Below are positions 50,177 through 59,549 of a stretch of DNA of 64,000 nt, piece after piece. A model generated the notes under the pieces. That model saw only the letters and a list, made by a program, of their open reading frames with translations. It had not been told where the DNA came from and did no database searches. The position numbers and the translations under genes are program-made. How positions within the stretch are numbered: position 1 is the stretch's first letter; every line of letters starts with the position of its first letter. The stretch comes from an uncultured SAR86 cluster bacterium (GTDB lineage Bacteria > Pseudomonadota > Gammaproteobacteria > Magnimaribacterales > D2472). The DNA lies in assembly GCA_902594005.1 (NCBI GenBank), contig CACJKN010000001.1, forward strand, positions 111,083-175,082, given 5' to 3'.

Positions 50177-50812
50177 TTAACCTATAAATATTTGATCTGC
50201 TTTTCGTAATCCAAATATTCCGTTATCTACAACTCCGGGGATTGAATTAATCTTTGTTTCTAAAGATATTGGGTCATCGATTGTCATTCCAGTTAAATCA
50301 AGAATTTCATTACCTTGATCAGTAATAAAATCATGTCTCAATTTTGCAATACCGCCCAAAGCCATTAATTTTCTTGCAACAAAACTTCTAGCTTGCGATA
50401 AGACTTCGACAGGGATTGGGAAGGAGCCTAATTTTGAAACTATTTTTGATTGATCCGCAATACATAAGAAGTTCTTAGAGGCTGTTGCAATAATTTTCTC
50501 TTGAGTATGTGCACCACCTCCACCTTTCATGAGAGATAAATCATCAGCAATTTCATCTGCTCCATCAATATAGAACTCAATCTCATCAACATCATTTAAA
50601 TTAAAGACATCTATTCCTATATCTCTTAAGAGCTTTGTTGAAGCTTCAGAGCTGGAAACTGCACCTTTTACAAGGGTAGGGCATGGTCGTAAAAGTTCAA
50701 TAAAACAATTAACTGTTGATCCAGTTCCAATTCCCAAGATAGATTTTGAATTAATTTTGGGCTTCAGATAATTTAGTGCTTTTTCTGCAGCCCTTATCTT
50801 TGCATCGCTCAT
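50177..50812 (-). CDS. rpiA: Ribose-5-phosphate isomerase A
   Basis: The start is moved to the ATG at 50812 (MSDAKIRAAEKALNYL...), which matches the E. coli RpiA N-terminus. GIGTGST, DGADE and KGGGGAH motifs are present. Confidence 0.9.
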   Translation of the reverse strand: MSDAKIRAAEKALNYLKPKINSKSILGIGTGSTVNCFIELLRPCPTLVKGAVSSSEASTKLLRDIGIDVFNLNDVDEIEFYIDGADEIADDLSLMKGGGGAHTQEKIIATASKNFLCIADQSKIVSKLGSFPIPVEVLSQARSFVARKLMALGGIAKLRHDFITDQGNEILDLTGMTIDDPISLETKINSIPGVVDNGIFGLRKADQIFIG

Positions 50813-50843
50813 AAAGCTATAATACTCCAATGAGGAAAGAGCT

Positions 50844-52379
50844 GTGAAAATATCTAACAAAAGAACAAAGAATTTTACTAAATCAAAAAAATATTTATCT
50901 TTGATTGAAAATTCTAGTGTTTATGATGTAGCAAATGTTTCCCCAATTACCAATGCAACCAACCTTTCAAACAAACTTGGCCATAATGTTTTCCTAAAGA
51001 GAGAAGATTTACAACCTATTTTTTCTTTTAAAAATAGAGGCGCCTACAACAAAATTGTGAATATCAAAAAGGATAAGCTTAAATTGGGAGTTATTGCAGC
51101 ATCTGCTGGTAATCATGCTCAAGGAGTAGCAAGTGCATGTAAAAAATTAAAAATTAAATGTCTTATAGTTATGCCTAAAACGACCCCAGAAATAAAGATT
51201 AGGGCTGTTAAAAATTTTGGAGCAAGAGTAAAGCTATTTGGTGATAATTATGATCAGGCCGTTAAGCATGCATATGGAATTTGTAAAAAGGAGAAGAAAG
51301 AATTTATTCATCCCTTTGATGATCCATACACAATAGCTGGCCAAGGAACAGTTGGAAAAGAAATTTTAGAAACAAATGATGACCTAGATGCAATATTTGT
51401 CCCAGTTGGTGGAGGAGGTCTTCTGGCAGGAGTTTCTGCATGGATAGCCCAAAATAACAAAAAAATAAAAATCTATGGAGTCGAGGTTGATGATTCTGCA
51501 TGTCTTTATGAGGCTCTCAAAGCAAATAAGAGAGTAAGACTCAAGAGCGTAGGAATTTTTGCTGATGGTGTTGCTGTAGAACAAGTAGGTAAAAACAACT
51601 TTGATGTAATTAAAGAATGCATAGATGGAGTAATAACAGTAACTATTGATGAGGTATGTGCTGCAGTAAAAGATCTATTTGAAGATACAAGAGTAATGTC
51701 TGAACCAGCCGGAGCAGTAGCGTTAGCAGGACTGAAGAAATACGCATCAAAAAAGAAAAAAAATCTGCTAGCAATAAGTAGCGGCGCTAACCTAAATTTT
51801 GATAGATTAAGTTACATTGTTGAAAGGTCAGAACTTGGAGAGGACAAAGAAAAGATTCTCAGTATCCAAATTCCTGAAAAAGCCGGGAGTTTTTTAAAAC
51901 TATCAAAGATATTTTCTAATTCTCAGATTACAGAGTTTAATTACAGGCTTTCTGATCCTAATGATGCACATGTACTGGTTGGAATAAAAACAAAGTCAGC
52001 TAAAAACTTTATATCATTAAAAAACAGATTGTCTAAAAATCACTATCCTTTTAAAGATCTTACAAAAAATGAGATTTCAAATGACCATTTACGACATATG
52101 GTTGGTGGAAGAAGCACAACTGCAAGAACTGAAAGAGTTTTCAGGATGGAATTTCCTGAAAGGCCAGGGGCTTTGCTAGATTTCTTAGAAAAATTAGGTA
52201 ATAAATGGAATATAACGCTTTTTCATTATAGGAATTTGGGTTCTGCTTTTGGGAAAGTATTGGTAGGAATCCAAGATAGCTCAAAGAATAAACAACTACT
52301 AAAAAGATATTTAAAAAGAACTGGATACACTTTCACAGAAGAGACTTCAAACATAGCTTACAAACATTTTCTTGAGTAA
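50844..52379 (+). CDS. ilvA: Biosynthetic threonine dehydratase
   Basis: PLP lysine motif FSFKNRGAY and two C-terminal regulatory repeats (511 aa). GTG start with a GAGGAAAG SD. Confidence 0.92.
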   Translation: MKISNKRTKNFTKSKKYLSLIENSSVYDVANVSPITNATNLSNKLGHNVFLKREDLQPIFSFKNRGAYNKIVNIKKDKLKLGVIAASAGNHAQGVASACKKLKIKCLIVMPKTTPEIKIRAVKNFGARVKLFGDNYDQAVKHAYGICKKEKKEFIHPFDDPYTIAGQGTVGKEILETNDDLDAIFVPVGGGGLLAGVSAWIAQNNKKIKIYGVEVDDSACLYEALKANKRVRLKSVGIFADGVAVEQVGKNNFDVIKECIDGVITVTIDEVCAAVKDLFEDTRVMSEPAGAVALAGLKKYASKKKKNLLAISSGANLNFDRLSYIVERSELGEDKEKILSIQIPEKAGSFLKLSKIFSNSQITEFNYRLSDPNDAHVLVGIKTKSAKNFISLKNRLSKNHYPFKDLTKNEISNDHLRHMVGGRSTTARTERVFRMEFPERPGALLDFLEKLGNKWNITLFHYRNLGSAFGKVLVGIQDSSKNKQLLKRYLKRTGYTFTEETSNIAYKHFLE

Positions 52380-53504
52380 ATGACTATCAGAGAATTCAAG
52401 GTTTCAGTAGATGAGTCCAAAATAGATGATCTTTATAAAAGAATAGATCTTACCAGATGGCCCGATGAGGTTAACGATGAGATTTGGACTCTTGGAACTA
52501 AAAAAAGTTTTTTAAAAGATGCTGTCCAGTATTGGAGAAATGACTTTGATTGGAAGATACATGAGAAACAAATAAATGATTTTGGAAGTTATAAATTTAA
52601 GACAAAGGATGATCTAGAGATACACTTTATTCATTCAAAATCAGATTCTGAAAATTCTATACCAATCATAATAACCCATGGGTGGCCTGGCAGTATTCAG
52701 GAATTTTTTAAAATTATCCCTTTACTTAATAAGGATAAAAATGGTCTAAGCTTTGATGTCATCTGTCCATCCATGCCAGGGTATGGTTTTTCAGATAAGC
52801 CCAGTCAAAAAGGCTATGACTCAAAAAAGATAGCTGAAATTAATCATGAGCTAATGACAGCTCTCGGATATAAAAAGTATCTAGTTCAGGGCGGTGATTG
52901 GGGTTCAACAGTGAGCAAATGGTCTGCTGAACTTTTCCCCAATGAAGTGCTGGGCCTGCATTTAAATTTAGTTATCGCTTTTCCACCTGAAAAAGATGAT
53001 CCCATGGAGGGAGTCACAGATCAGGAAAAAGTTTTGCTAGGAAGATATGCTAAATACTTAGAGTTAGGAAGTGGATATTTTGAAATCCAAAGAACTAAGC
53101 CACAGACTCTTGGATACTCACTTAACGATTCTCCTGTTGGTTTAGCAGGATGGATTATTGAGAAGTTTCATTCTTGGACTGATGATGAGAAAGATAAATT
53201 AATCGTAAGTCTGGAAGATGTCCTTTCTATAGTTTCTTTATATTGGTTTTCAGAATCAATAACTTCCTCAATGAGACTTTATAACGAGAATGGGAGGGAA
53301 GGGTTTTCAAAATCAAAAGTTGAAGTACCCACCGGTTGCGCACTTTTTAAAAATGAGATCATGCTCCCGCCTAAGGCTTGGGCAGAAGAAATATATAACC
53401 TTATCCATTGGGAGCATTATGATGGAGGTCATTTTGCAGCCCTTGAAAAGCCTGAGACTTTAGAAAAAGATATAAGACTTTTTGTTCAGAAGCTTAAAAT
53501 TTAA
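52380..53504 (+). CDS. Epoxide hydrolase (microsomal-type, N-terminal EHN domain plus alpha/beta hydrolase)
   Basis: The motif set is WPDE..., ITHGWPGS (oxyanion HGWP) and GGDWGS (the nucleophile Asp). Confidence 0.82.
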   Translation: MTIREFKVSVDESKIDDLYKRIDLTRWPDEVNDEIWTLGTKKSFLKDAVQYWRNDFDWKIHEKQINDFGSYKFKTKDDLEIHFIHSKSDSENSIPIIITHGWPGSIQEFFKIIPLLNKDKNGLSFDVICPSMPGYGFSDKPSQKGYDSKKIAEINHELMTALGYKKYLVQGGDWGSTVSKWSAELFPNEVLGLHLNLVIAFPPEKDDPMEGVTDQEKVLLGRYAKYLELGSGYFEIQRTKPQTLGYSLNDSPVGLAGWIIEKFHSWTDDEKDKLIVSLEDVLSIVSLYWFSESITSSMRLYNENGREGFSKSKVEVPTGCALFKNEIMLPPKAWAEEIYNLIHWEHYDGGHFAALEKPETLEKDIRLFVQKLKI

Positions 53505-55770
53505 ATCTAACTTTTAAAGTAAAAACTTCATTGGAAGGATTTTCCCAAGAATCTTGATAAAGATCTTCATAAGTGAACGTGTCAGAGTCGTCATAAAAAC
53601 TATATCCCCTTGTATAAACTAAATAGAAATAGGAAAGAGGAGATATTTCATAACGATATCTCATCTGAAGGGAGTTTTCAGAAACATAAAAAGGGTCAAT
53701 CAAATAATTAGATTCACTCAATTCCCCTGAAAGTGAGCTTATTAAAGGAATTGGATCTTCGGCTTTAATCATCACCGATTGATTTTTAAGCCTAAATTCA
53801 TGTCTTGTACCCTGAAAGTAGGTCATACCAAAATTAATATTTCTTCTGTTTTTAGTAAATGATCCTAGTCTATTAGTATCAATCCACTTTAACCATTCTT
53901 CTTCTTTTGAATCATCCACACCAAAACTAAACTGAAGCTGATCATTAGGGAAATAATTTATATTAAACCTCTTACTTTTATTATTTCTTCCATCAGAATC
54001 CCAAGAAGAATATGGAGAATATTTGTTAAATCCAAAACCTGCACCAAAAGAGAAGTTTTTATATTTGGGCGATCCAAAACCGGCATTAAAACTCACCTCA
54101 TCCATAATTTGGATATACGGTGAGCCTATATATTTTCTTGTAATATTAGTATCTTTACCTTCAGTTTTTGCAGACATAGATAAATCAATATTGAAATTTG
54201 ATTTAAAAGATAACTCGGTCTTAGTCCAAACTCCTTTTGGGGACTTTTTTCCATCTGTTGTCATTGTTTGGAAAATAGATATATGACTATCTCTACTTCT
54301 AAGCAATGATTCTTTTGGATATGAGTTTCTGTCAAACTCAAATCTGTTATAAAACTTGATTTGGTCATTTCTCTGAAGATAGCCCATATCATTTAGATCA
54401 AGATCTTTATCAAAATAGTGAAAGCCTACAGTATTTTCATATTTATCATTTGGAATATATTTAATATCAAACCTAAGTCCATGGCCTGTAGAGTTTTCTT
54501 TCCTAGAATTCAATAAGTATCCAGAAATCTGTGTATTCTTTACTGCTGTATTCTCTATATCAAGAGAATATACATCTGAACTCTCATTAAAAAAATTACT
54601 CTTAGTTTTAGTTGCTAAAAAACCAACTTTATTTTGAGGACTATTTGACCTTACTCTGAATGCAAAATAATCTCTTCCTTTTGAGAAATTTTCATCACTT
54701 TCACTTGCAGCTAAGAATCCTAAATCAACTTTTTCTTTTTGAATTGTGTGTCTCAAAGCAAGATCTAAGTCAGAATATTCTTTTCTGTTGTTTTCACAAA
54801 TATCAGATTGCTCAAAACGACTACAGTCATAATCCGGTCTTCCTCCTATTCTTCTTGTATTAATGACGTAAAAATCATCTCTTCCCCCTTTGACTTCAAA
54901 TAAGGAGTGATTCTCGGTAAAGAATGCTCTTTTTTCGGAGAAAAAGGTCTCAATTGCACTGAAATTAACTACAACTTGATCCGTCTCAACCTGACCAAAG
55001 TCTGGATTAATAGCTATGTTTGTTTGGCTTCCATCACCATGATTTAAAAAAATATCTATTCCAGCTTTTTGAACCGATTCATTTGTTACAGAGTCTTCTG
55101 CAACCGTTAGATAAGGGAAATAACTATATTTTTTGGACTGATAATTATCAATTACAAGATCTTCAAGATCATATATAAAAGTTTCTCTTTCCCAATTTGT
55201 TTTTGTTGAACCAAAGCCATATTCATCACTAGCTAACCATCGAAACGCAATAAATTTTACATTCCTTTTTGGCCCATCTACTTTTTGCATTGGCACCACT
55301 GTCCAAGGTATAAAAAATTCAGAGCTCCAAAAATTATCGCCTTTAAATGTTCTTGCTATCCAATCACCATCCCAATCTTTGCTCTCACTATTACCATTTG
55401 TGTATGTTGCATCTGAAAGGGAGTCTCCAAGCGATACAGTAAACCCATATGCAACTTTAGAATTGCCATCAAAATCAATTGTGAATGAATTCTTATCTCC
55501 TCTATCATCCCAGTCATCGCGGATATGGTTAAAAGACCTTATAGTTTCATTATCTTGTTCATTGATAAAACCTACATAAATTCCGTCTTGATTGGTAAAG
55601 ATTTTTACATTAGTTAGATATTTAGGGTCGTCAAAATTATATGGAACTATGGTTGTGAAGTCTGATATCTGTTGAGCGTTATCCCACTCCTTCTCATCAA
55701 GGACACCATCAATATCAATTGCATTAACATAAGTTACGCAAAAAAAAGTTAATAAAAATAATCTTAAAAT
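53494..55770 (-). CDS. Outer-membrane beta-barrel protein with an N-terminal CBM9-like domain (DUF5916-like); start extended to a probable ATT codon
   Basis: The frame of the 601-aa track ORF stays open 157 codons further upstream. That stretch encodes a signal peptide (I/M)LRLFLLTFFCVTYVNA|IDIDGVLDEKEWDNAQ and a carbohydrate-binding-like domain. The C-terminus ...FTLKVRFKF ends in Phe, like OM barrels. See the findings. Confidence 0.8.
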   Translation of the reverse strand: MLRLFLLTFFCVTYVNAIDIDGVLDEKEWDNAQQISDFTTIVPYNFDDPKYLTNVKIFTNQDGIYVGFINEQDNETIRSFNHIRDDWDDRGDKNSFTIDFDGNSKVAYGFTVSLGDSLSDATYTNGNSESKDWDGDWIARTFKGDNFWSSEFFIPWTVVPMQKVDGPKRNVKFIAFRWLASDEYGFGSTKTNWERETFIYDLEDLVIDNYQSKKYSYFPYLTVAEDSVTNESVQKAGIDIFLNHGDGSQTNIAINPDFGQVETDQVVVNFSAIETFFSEKRAFFTENHSLFEVKGGRDDFYVINTRRIGGRPDYDCSRFEQSDICENNRKEYSDLDLALRHTIQKEKVDLGFLAASESDENFSKGRDYFAFRVRSNSPQNKVGFLATKTKSNFFNESSDVYSLDIENTAVKNTQISGYLLNSRKENSTGHGLRFDIKYIPNDKYENTVGFHYFDKDLDLNDMGYLQRNDQIKFYNRFEFDRNSYPKESLLRSRDSHISIFQTMTTDGKKSPKGVWTKTELSFKSNFNIDLSMSAKTEGKDTNITRKYIGSPYIQIMDEVSFNAGFGSPKYKNFSFGAGFGFNKYSPYSSWDSDGRNNKSKRFNINYFPNDQLQFSFGVDDSKEEEWLKWIDTNRLGSFTKNRRNINFGMTYFQGTRHEFRLKNQSVMIKAEDPIPLISSLSGELSESNYLIDPFYVSENSLQMRYRYEISPLSYFYLVYTRGYSFYDDSDTFTYEDLYQDSWENPSNEVFTLKVRFKF

Positions 55771-56366
55771 TTTAAAACTCCCTTTTCAGTTATAACTGAG
55801 TCACATTTAAGGTCATGGTCTTCTGCAAAACTGACTTCTAAAACTTGAAATGCATAACCCGCACCTATTATAAATGGTTTTCTGCTCAACTCACTCTTCT
55901 GATTAAAGAACCTATCATAGTATCCACCTCCATATCCAAGTCTAAATCCATTTATATCTATACCTACCAGCGGCAATACTGCAAGGTCAATTTCAGCTAA
56001 CTCAACAGTGTCTAAATCATTACTCTCATTGATGCCAAATTTATTTTTTGAATAACTAGAATTTTCCCTTAATCTATTAATTATTATTTTTTCTTTTGAT
56101 ATAACTTTTGGAATATAAACTTCAATGTCTTTTTGCCATGCTAATTCAGTAGTTTGCTCAATTGAAGGTTCATTATCGATAGATTGATAGACAAGAATTT
56201 TTTTTAAATCTCTGTTTTGGATTTCATTTATTAAATGGGTATTAATTTCACAAGAGACTTGCTTCAGTTTTTCTTTGGTAAGAGATCGCCTCCGTTTTAA
56301 AAGTGATCTTCGAATATCTTCTTTCACAGCATTCAGTACGGAGGCATAGAACCGATTCACCGTCAC
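55764..56366 (-). CDS. ygfA: 5-formyltetrahydrofolate cyclo-ligase
   Basis: RLGYGGGYYDR motif, located downstream of ssrS. The track start (GTG 56366) lies inside the predicted 6S RNA. The GTG at 56327 (MKEDIRRSLLKRRRSLT, like E. coli MIRQRRRALT) is the more likely start. Confidence 0.85.
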   Translation of the reverse strand: MTVNRFYASVLNAVKEDIRRSLLKRRRSLTKEKLKQVSCEINTHLINEIQNRDLKKILVYQSIDNEPSIEQTTELAWQKDIEVYIPKVISKEKIIINRLRENSSYSKNKFGINESNDLDTVELAEIDLAVLPLVGIDINGFRLGYGGGYYDRFFNQKSELSRKPFIIGAGYAFQVLEVSFAEDHDLKCDSVITEKGVLKF

Positions 56367-56525
56367 ATATAATCCCCGAACCCGTTGTCCAGGTGGTGAA
56401 TATCATGCTAAATCAGGCTTCTCTTAAAAAAAGGTAATGCACAACATTAACAGAGGAAAATCACCTTATTAAAAATTATAGGTTCAAAAAATAACTTATA
56501 TATAAACGAATGAACCAGTATGCAC
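56345..56525 (-). ncRNA. ssrS: 6S RNA (boundaries about +/-15 nt)
   Basis: The minus strand reads ...GAGAAGCCUGAUUUAGCAUGAUAUUCACCACCUGGACAACGGGUUCGGGGAUUA... This matches the E. coli 6S blocks GAGAAGCCU / AUUCACC / GGGUUCAAGGGUUA. A closing stem UGGUUCAUUC (5') with GAAUCGGUU (3') is possible. zapA-ssrS-ygfA synteny is exact. The length is about 180 nt. Confidence 0.75.
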
Positions 56526-56527
56526 TT

Positions 56528-56533
56528 AGTATA
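56528..56533 (-). promoter_or_regulatory. Candidate -10 box (TATACT) for ssrS
   Basis: TATACT lies 17 nt after a weak TTCTCG. It is positioned about 7 nt before the predicted 6S 5' end. Confidence 0.35.
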
Positions 56534-56556
56534 AGTTATTTATTAATTATCGAGAA

Positions 56557-56817
56557 CTATGTTTTTAAAGCTTTATCAACTTTTTCTAAAAGAAGATCTA
56601 AACCTTCAATATTTATAGATTCACCTGAAGGGTTAAGACATTTATTTGCAAGATTCAGTCCAGCAAGGATTAAAGCATTTTCTTTATCTGAAATCCCATT
56701 TAGTTCTTCATTAAGAAGCTCAGCTGCAGACAAGAGAGCATCTTTCTCATCAGAGGGACATGCAAGAGTTATATCTCTTCCAAAAACTCTTAGGGAAACT
56801 CTTTCAATTTCAGCCAT
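56557..56817 (-). CDS. zapA: Cell division protein ZapA
   Basis: The start is taken at the ATG at 56817 (MAEIERVSLRVFGRDITLACP...). The track start is a TTG five codons upstream. ATGGCTGA overlap with the upstream gene. Confidence 0.85.
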   Translation of the reverse strand: MAEIERVSLRVFGRDITLACPSDEKDALLSAAELLNEELNGISDKENALILAGLNLANKCLNPSGESINIEGLDLLLEKVDKALKT

Positions 56818-57016
56818 TATTCTCTGAAGCAATTTTTTTTAGCTCAAATTCTAAATCTTTTATTTTCTTTAGATTAAGGGTTTTATTTTTCTTCCAATCC
56901 CTTTCTCTTTTAACATATCCGTCGATAATACCTTTTTGCTCACTAAATTTTTTAAGAAGAACATCAACTTTTTTATTGAGTTCTTCTAAAACATTCTTAT
57001 TTAGATCTTTGGCCAT
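56810..57016 (-). CDS. Small coiled-coil protein upstream of zapA (ZapB-like / TIGR02449-like)
   Basis: 68 aa with K/E-rich heptad character. It occupies the same position as the small coiled-coil gene preceding zapA in pseudomonads. Confidence 0.6.
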   Translation of the reverse strand: MAKDLNKNVLEELNKKVDVLLKKFSEQKGIIDGYVKRERDWKKNKTLNLKKIKDLEFELKKIASENNG

Positions 57017-57078
57017 AAACTAGATTAATTCTAGCTTATAAAATTGGGAACTTCCAAATAAGAGAGTAAAATAAAGAT

Positions 57079-58374
57079 ATGAAGATTTACGAGGAAAGAA
57101 GACTAAAATTAACAGAAAATCTCAGTGGAGATATTGCTGTAATTATTCCTGGATCAGTTTTAGCTAACAGAAGTAACGATACTGCTTATCCATTTAGGCA
57201 GGATAGTAATTTTTACTATTTAAGTGGATTTAATGAACCAGACTCAACATTGATGATTATTAACAAATCTGGAAAGACTAACTCTATAGGTTTTGTTCCC
57301 AAAAAAGACAAACTAAAAGAAATTTGGGATGGCTTTAGGCATGGCCCTGAGGGCATGAAATCAGATTTCGGTTTTAATGATGCATTTAATAATGATGAGA
57401 TAGACGAGCTTTTACCAGACTTATTGGATGGTGTGAGCTGTGTATATTATCCATTTGGTAAGGTTGAGGGCTTTGATCAAAAGGTAATTAAATGGACTAA
57501 AAAAGCTAATAGCAAAGATCGCCACTCAAAAAAAATGGAGATTGCAGATATCTCAAAAATTATTGGCAATAAAAGACTTATAAAAGATAGCTCCGAGATA
57601 AATATTATCGAGAAAGCATGCGAAATCTCTGCAAATGCTCACTTGGAAGCAATGAAGTTCGTTAAACCTGGTATGAATGAAGCTGAAGTTGAAGCTTTTT
57701 ACCTATATGAGTTTGCTAAAAATGGTGGAAGATTTCCAGCCTATAATCCAATAGTTGCATCAGGAGAAAACGCATGTGTTTTACATTATGTTGAAAACAA
57801 TCAAGTAATCAATGATGGTGATTTGCTCCTTGTTGATGCAGGCTGCGAATATGAGATGTATGCTTCCGATATAACAAGAACATTCCCGGCAAATGGCAAG
57901 TTCAGTGATGAACAGCTTCAGATTTATAATATTGTGCTTGAAGCACAAAAAGCATCAGTTGATGCTGTCAGCAAGGGTAATGGAGTAATGGACCCTCAAA
58001 CAATATCTGAGAAAGTTATAACTGAGGGGCTAATAGACCTTGGGATAATCAAAGGGAATCTTGAAGAAGAGCATGAAAAAGGATCATTTAAAGATTTTTA
58101 TATGCATAAAATTGGTCACTGGATGGGAATGGATGTTCATGACGTAGGTGATTATATGCACGAAGGAGAATTCATTAAGTTTGATGAAGGCATGATTACA
58201 ACCATTGAGCCAGGTATTTATATAAGTTCCACTTCAGACGTTGATGATAAGTGGAAGGGTATAGGTATTAGAATCGAAGATGATGTTTTGGTTACTAAAG
58301 ATGGCAACAAAAATTTAACTGACACTGTTCCAACCGATCCTGCTGAAATTGAATCCTTGATGCAAGAATCTTAA
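57079..58374 (+). CDS. pepP: Xaa-Pro aminopeptidase
   Basis: Metal ligand blocks VDAGCEY, SDITRTF, HKIGHWMGMDVHD, EPGIY and IRIEDDV. Divergent from zapA, as in E. coli. Confidence 0.92.
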   Translation: MKIYEERRLKLTENLSGDIAVIIPGSVLANRSNDTAYPFRQDSNFYYLSGFNEPDSTLMIINKSGKTNSIGFVPKKDKLKEIWDGFRHGPEGMKSDFGFNDAFNNDEIDELLPDLLDGVSCVYYPFGKVEGFDQKVIKWTKKANSKDRHSKKMEIADISKIIGNKRLIKDSSEINIIEKACEISANAHLEAMKFVKPGMNEAEVEAFYLYEFAKNGGRFPAYNPIVASGENACVLHYVENNQVINDGDLLLVDAGCEYEMYASDITRTFPANGKFSDEQLQIYNIVLEAQKASVDAVSKGNGVMDPQTISEKVITEGLIDLGIIKGNLEEEHEKGSFKDFYMHKIGHWMGMDVHDVGDYMHEGEFIKFDEGMITTIEPGIYISSTSDVDDKWKGIGIRIEDDVLVTKDGNKNLTDTVPTDPAEIESLMQES

Positions 58375-59501
58375 TGCAACAACCAATTGTAATATCTGGA
58401 GCTGGGATCCTAGGGTGTTATATTTCTTGTGCCTTAAGCCTTCAAGGCATCGACTCTATCGTATTGGAAAAAAAAGATGATGAGGTTGAAGATTCTATTA
58501 GGACCATCACATTAAATCCCTTCTCAAAAAATCTTTTAGACAAAATAGGCATTGAAAATGACTACTCGATGATCGATAAAATGGAAGTCAAAGACTTTGA
58601 TGGTACTGGAAAAATAGTTTTTAAAAGTAGTGAGATAGGGATGGATCATCTCGCCTATGTATCAGATTTTTCCACTCTTTTAATGGCTATCCGAAAAAAA
58701 GCAAGTGAAAAAATTCTATATAAAGAGGAAATTATCGATATTGATAATAAAGGTGATCTTAATGAAGTAACTTTATCGAGTGGAAAGGTCATTACAACAA
58801 ATCTTATAATTTCTTCAGACGGTAAAAACTCGAAGCTAGCAAATAAAATCCCTAAATCAGATAAGGATTACTTTCAAACAGCTTTAACTTTCTTAGCTTC
58901 TGCTGAAAAAGATATGAACATGAGCGCTTTTCAGATTTTCTCAGACAATGGTATTTGTGCTTTTATGCCAACAAGAAAAAAGGGAGAGGATTTCGTTACC
59001 GTTGTTTGGTCAATATCAGATGATCTTATTGAGAACGGATATGAAGATTTTATTGAGGAAAATCTAGAAAAGATATCTAGAAAAATAGGAAATAGTTTTC
59101 AAATAAGGTCTAAAGTCCAAAGCTTTAAATTATCTTCACACAATAGATCGAGTTATATAGATTTTCCGGTTGTGCTAGTTGGTGATTCTGCTCATTCCAT
59201 CCATCCCCTTGCGGGCCAAGGGATAAACCTTGGATTTGAGGATGCAAATTCCTTAGTTAAGAAGATTATCAAAACTAATGATTCAGATACTATAAATTTT
59301 AAGGAAAGTTTGAATGTCTACTCAAACGAAAGAAGACTACAGAATGAAATTATGCTTAAAACCATGGATGGATTTGTAGCATTATTCAATGAAAGAAATC
59401 CATATATAAGGTTTTTAAGAAATTTTGGATTAAATGCTTTTAATCAGTCTAAATTTCTAAAATCTTTCTTTGTTAAAGCAGCTTCTGGCCCAATAAAGTA
59501 A
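58374..59501 (+). CDS. FAD-dependent ubiquinone-biosynthesis hydroxylase (UbiH/UbiF/UbiI/Coq6 family)
   Basis: GAGILG dinucleotide fold and the GDSAHSIHPLAGQGINLG fingerprint. It follows pepP, as ubiH does in E. coli (TAATG overlap). Confidence 0.82.
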   Translation: MQQPIVISGAGILGCYISCALSLQGIDSIVLEKKDDEVEDSIRTITLNPFSKNLLDKIGIENDYSMIDKMEVKDFDGTGKIVFKSSEIGMDHLAYVSDFSTLLMAIRKKASEKILYKEEIIDIDNKGDLNEVTLSSGKVITTNLIISSDGKNSKLANKIPKSDKDYFQTALTFLASAEKDMNMSAFQIFSDNGICAFMPTRKKGEDFVTVVWSISDDLIENGYEDFIEENLEKISRKIGNSFQIRSKVQSFKLSSHNRSSYIDFPVVLVGDSAHSIHPLAGQGINLGFEDANSLVKKIIKTNDSDTINFKESLNVYSNERRLQNEIMLKTMDGFVALFNERNPYIRFLRNFGLNAFNQSKFLKSFFVKAASGPIK

Positions 59502-59517
59502 TATAGCATTCTTGTTT

Positions 59518-59538
59518 AAATGATAATCATTATCATTT
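59518..59538. promoter_or_regulatory. Fur box (perfect 21-bp palindrome AAATGATAATCATTATCATTT)
   Basis: It contains the full TGATAATCATTATCA core of the Fur consensus GATAATGATAATCATTATC. It fills the spacer between a TTTAAA (-35-like) and a TAGAAT (-10-like) element, 12 nt upstream of the iron-binding protein ATG. Confidence 0.85.
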
Positions 59539-59549
59539 AGAATGGGTGC

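Noticed and set aside
50813-50860. A 16-residue N-terminal extension of rpiA whose 5' end would overlap the ilvA start.
   Set aside because: E. coli RpiA aligns from the internal Met (MSDAKIRAAEKAL). A divergent 5'-5' coding overlap is unlikely.
53494-55770. Reading the outer-membrane gene as a pseudogene or as two genes because no canonical start precedes the N-terminal domain.
   Set aside because: The frame is uninterrupted across 758 codons. The N-terminal part encodes an intact signal peptide and domain, and a strong SD precedes an ATT. An intact gene with a non-canonical start, or a single-base sequencing error in the start codon, is more parsimonious.
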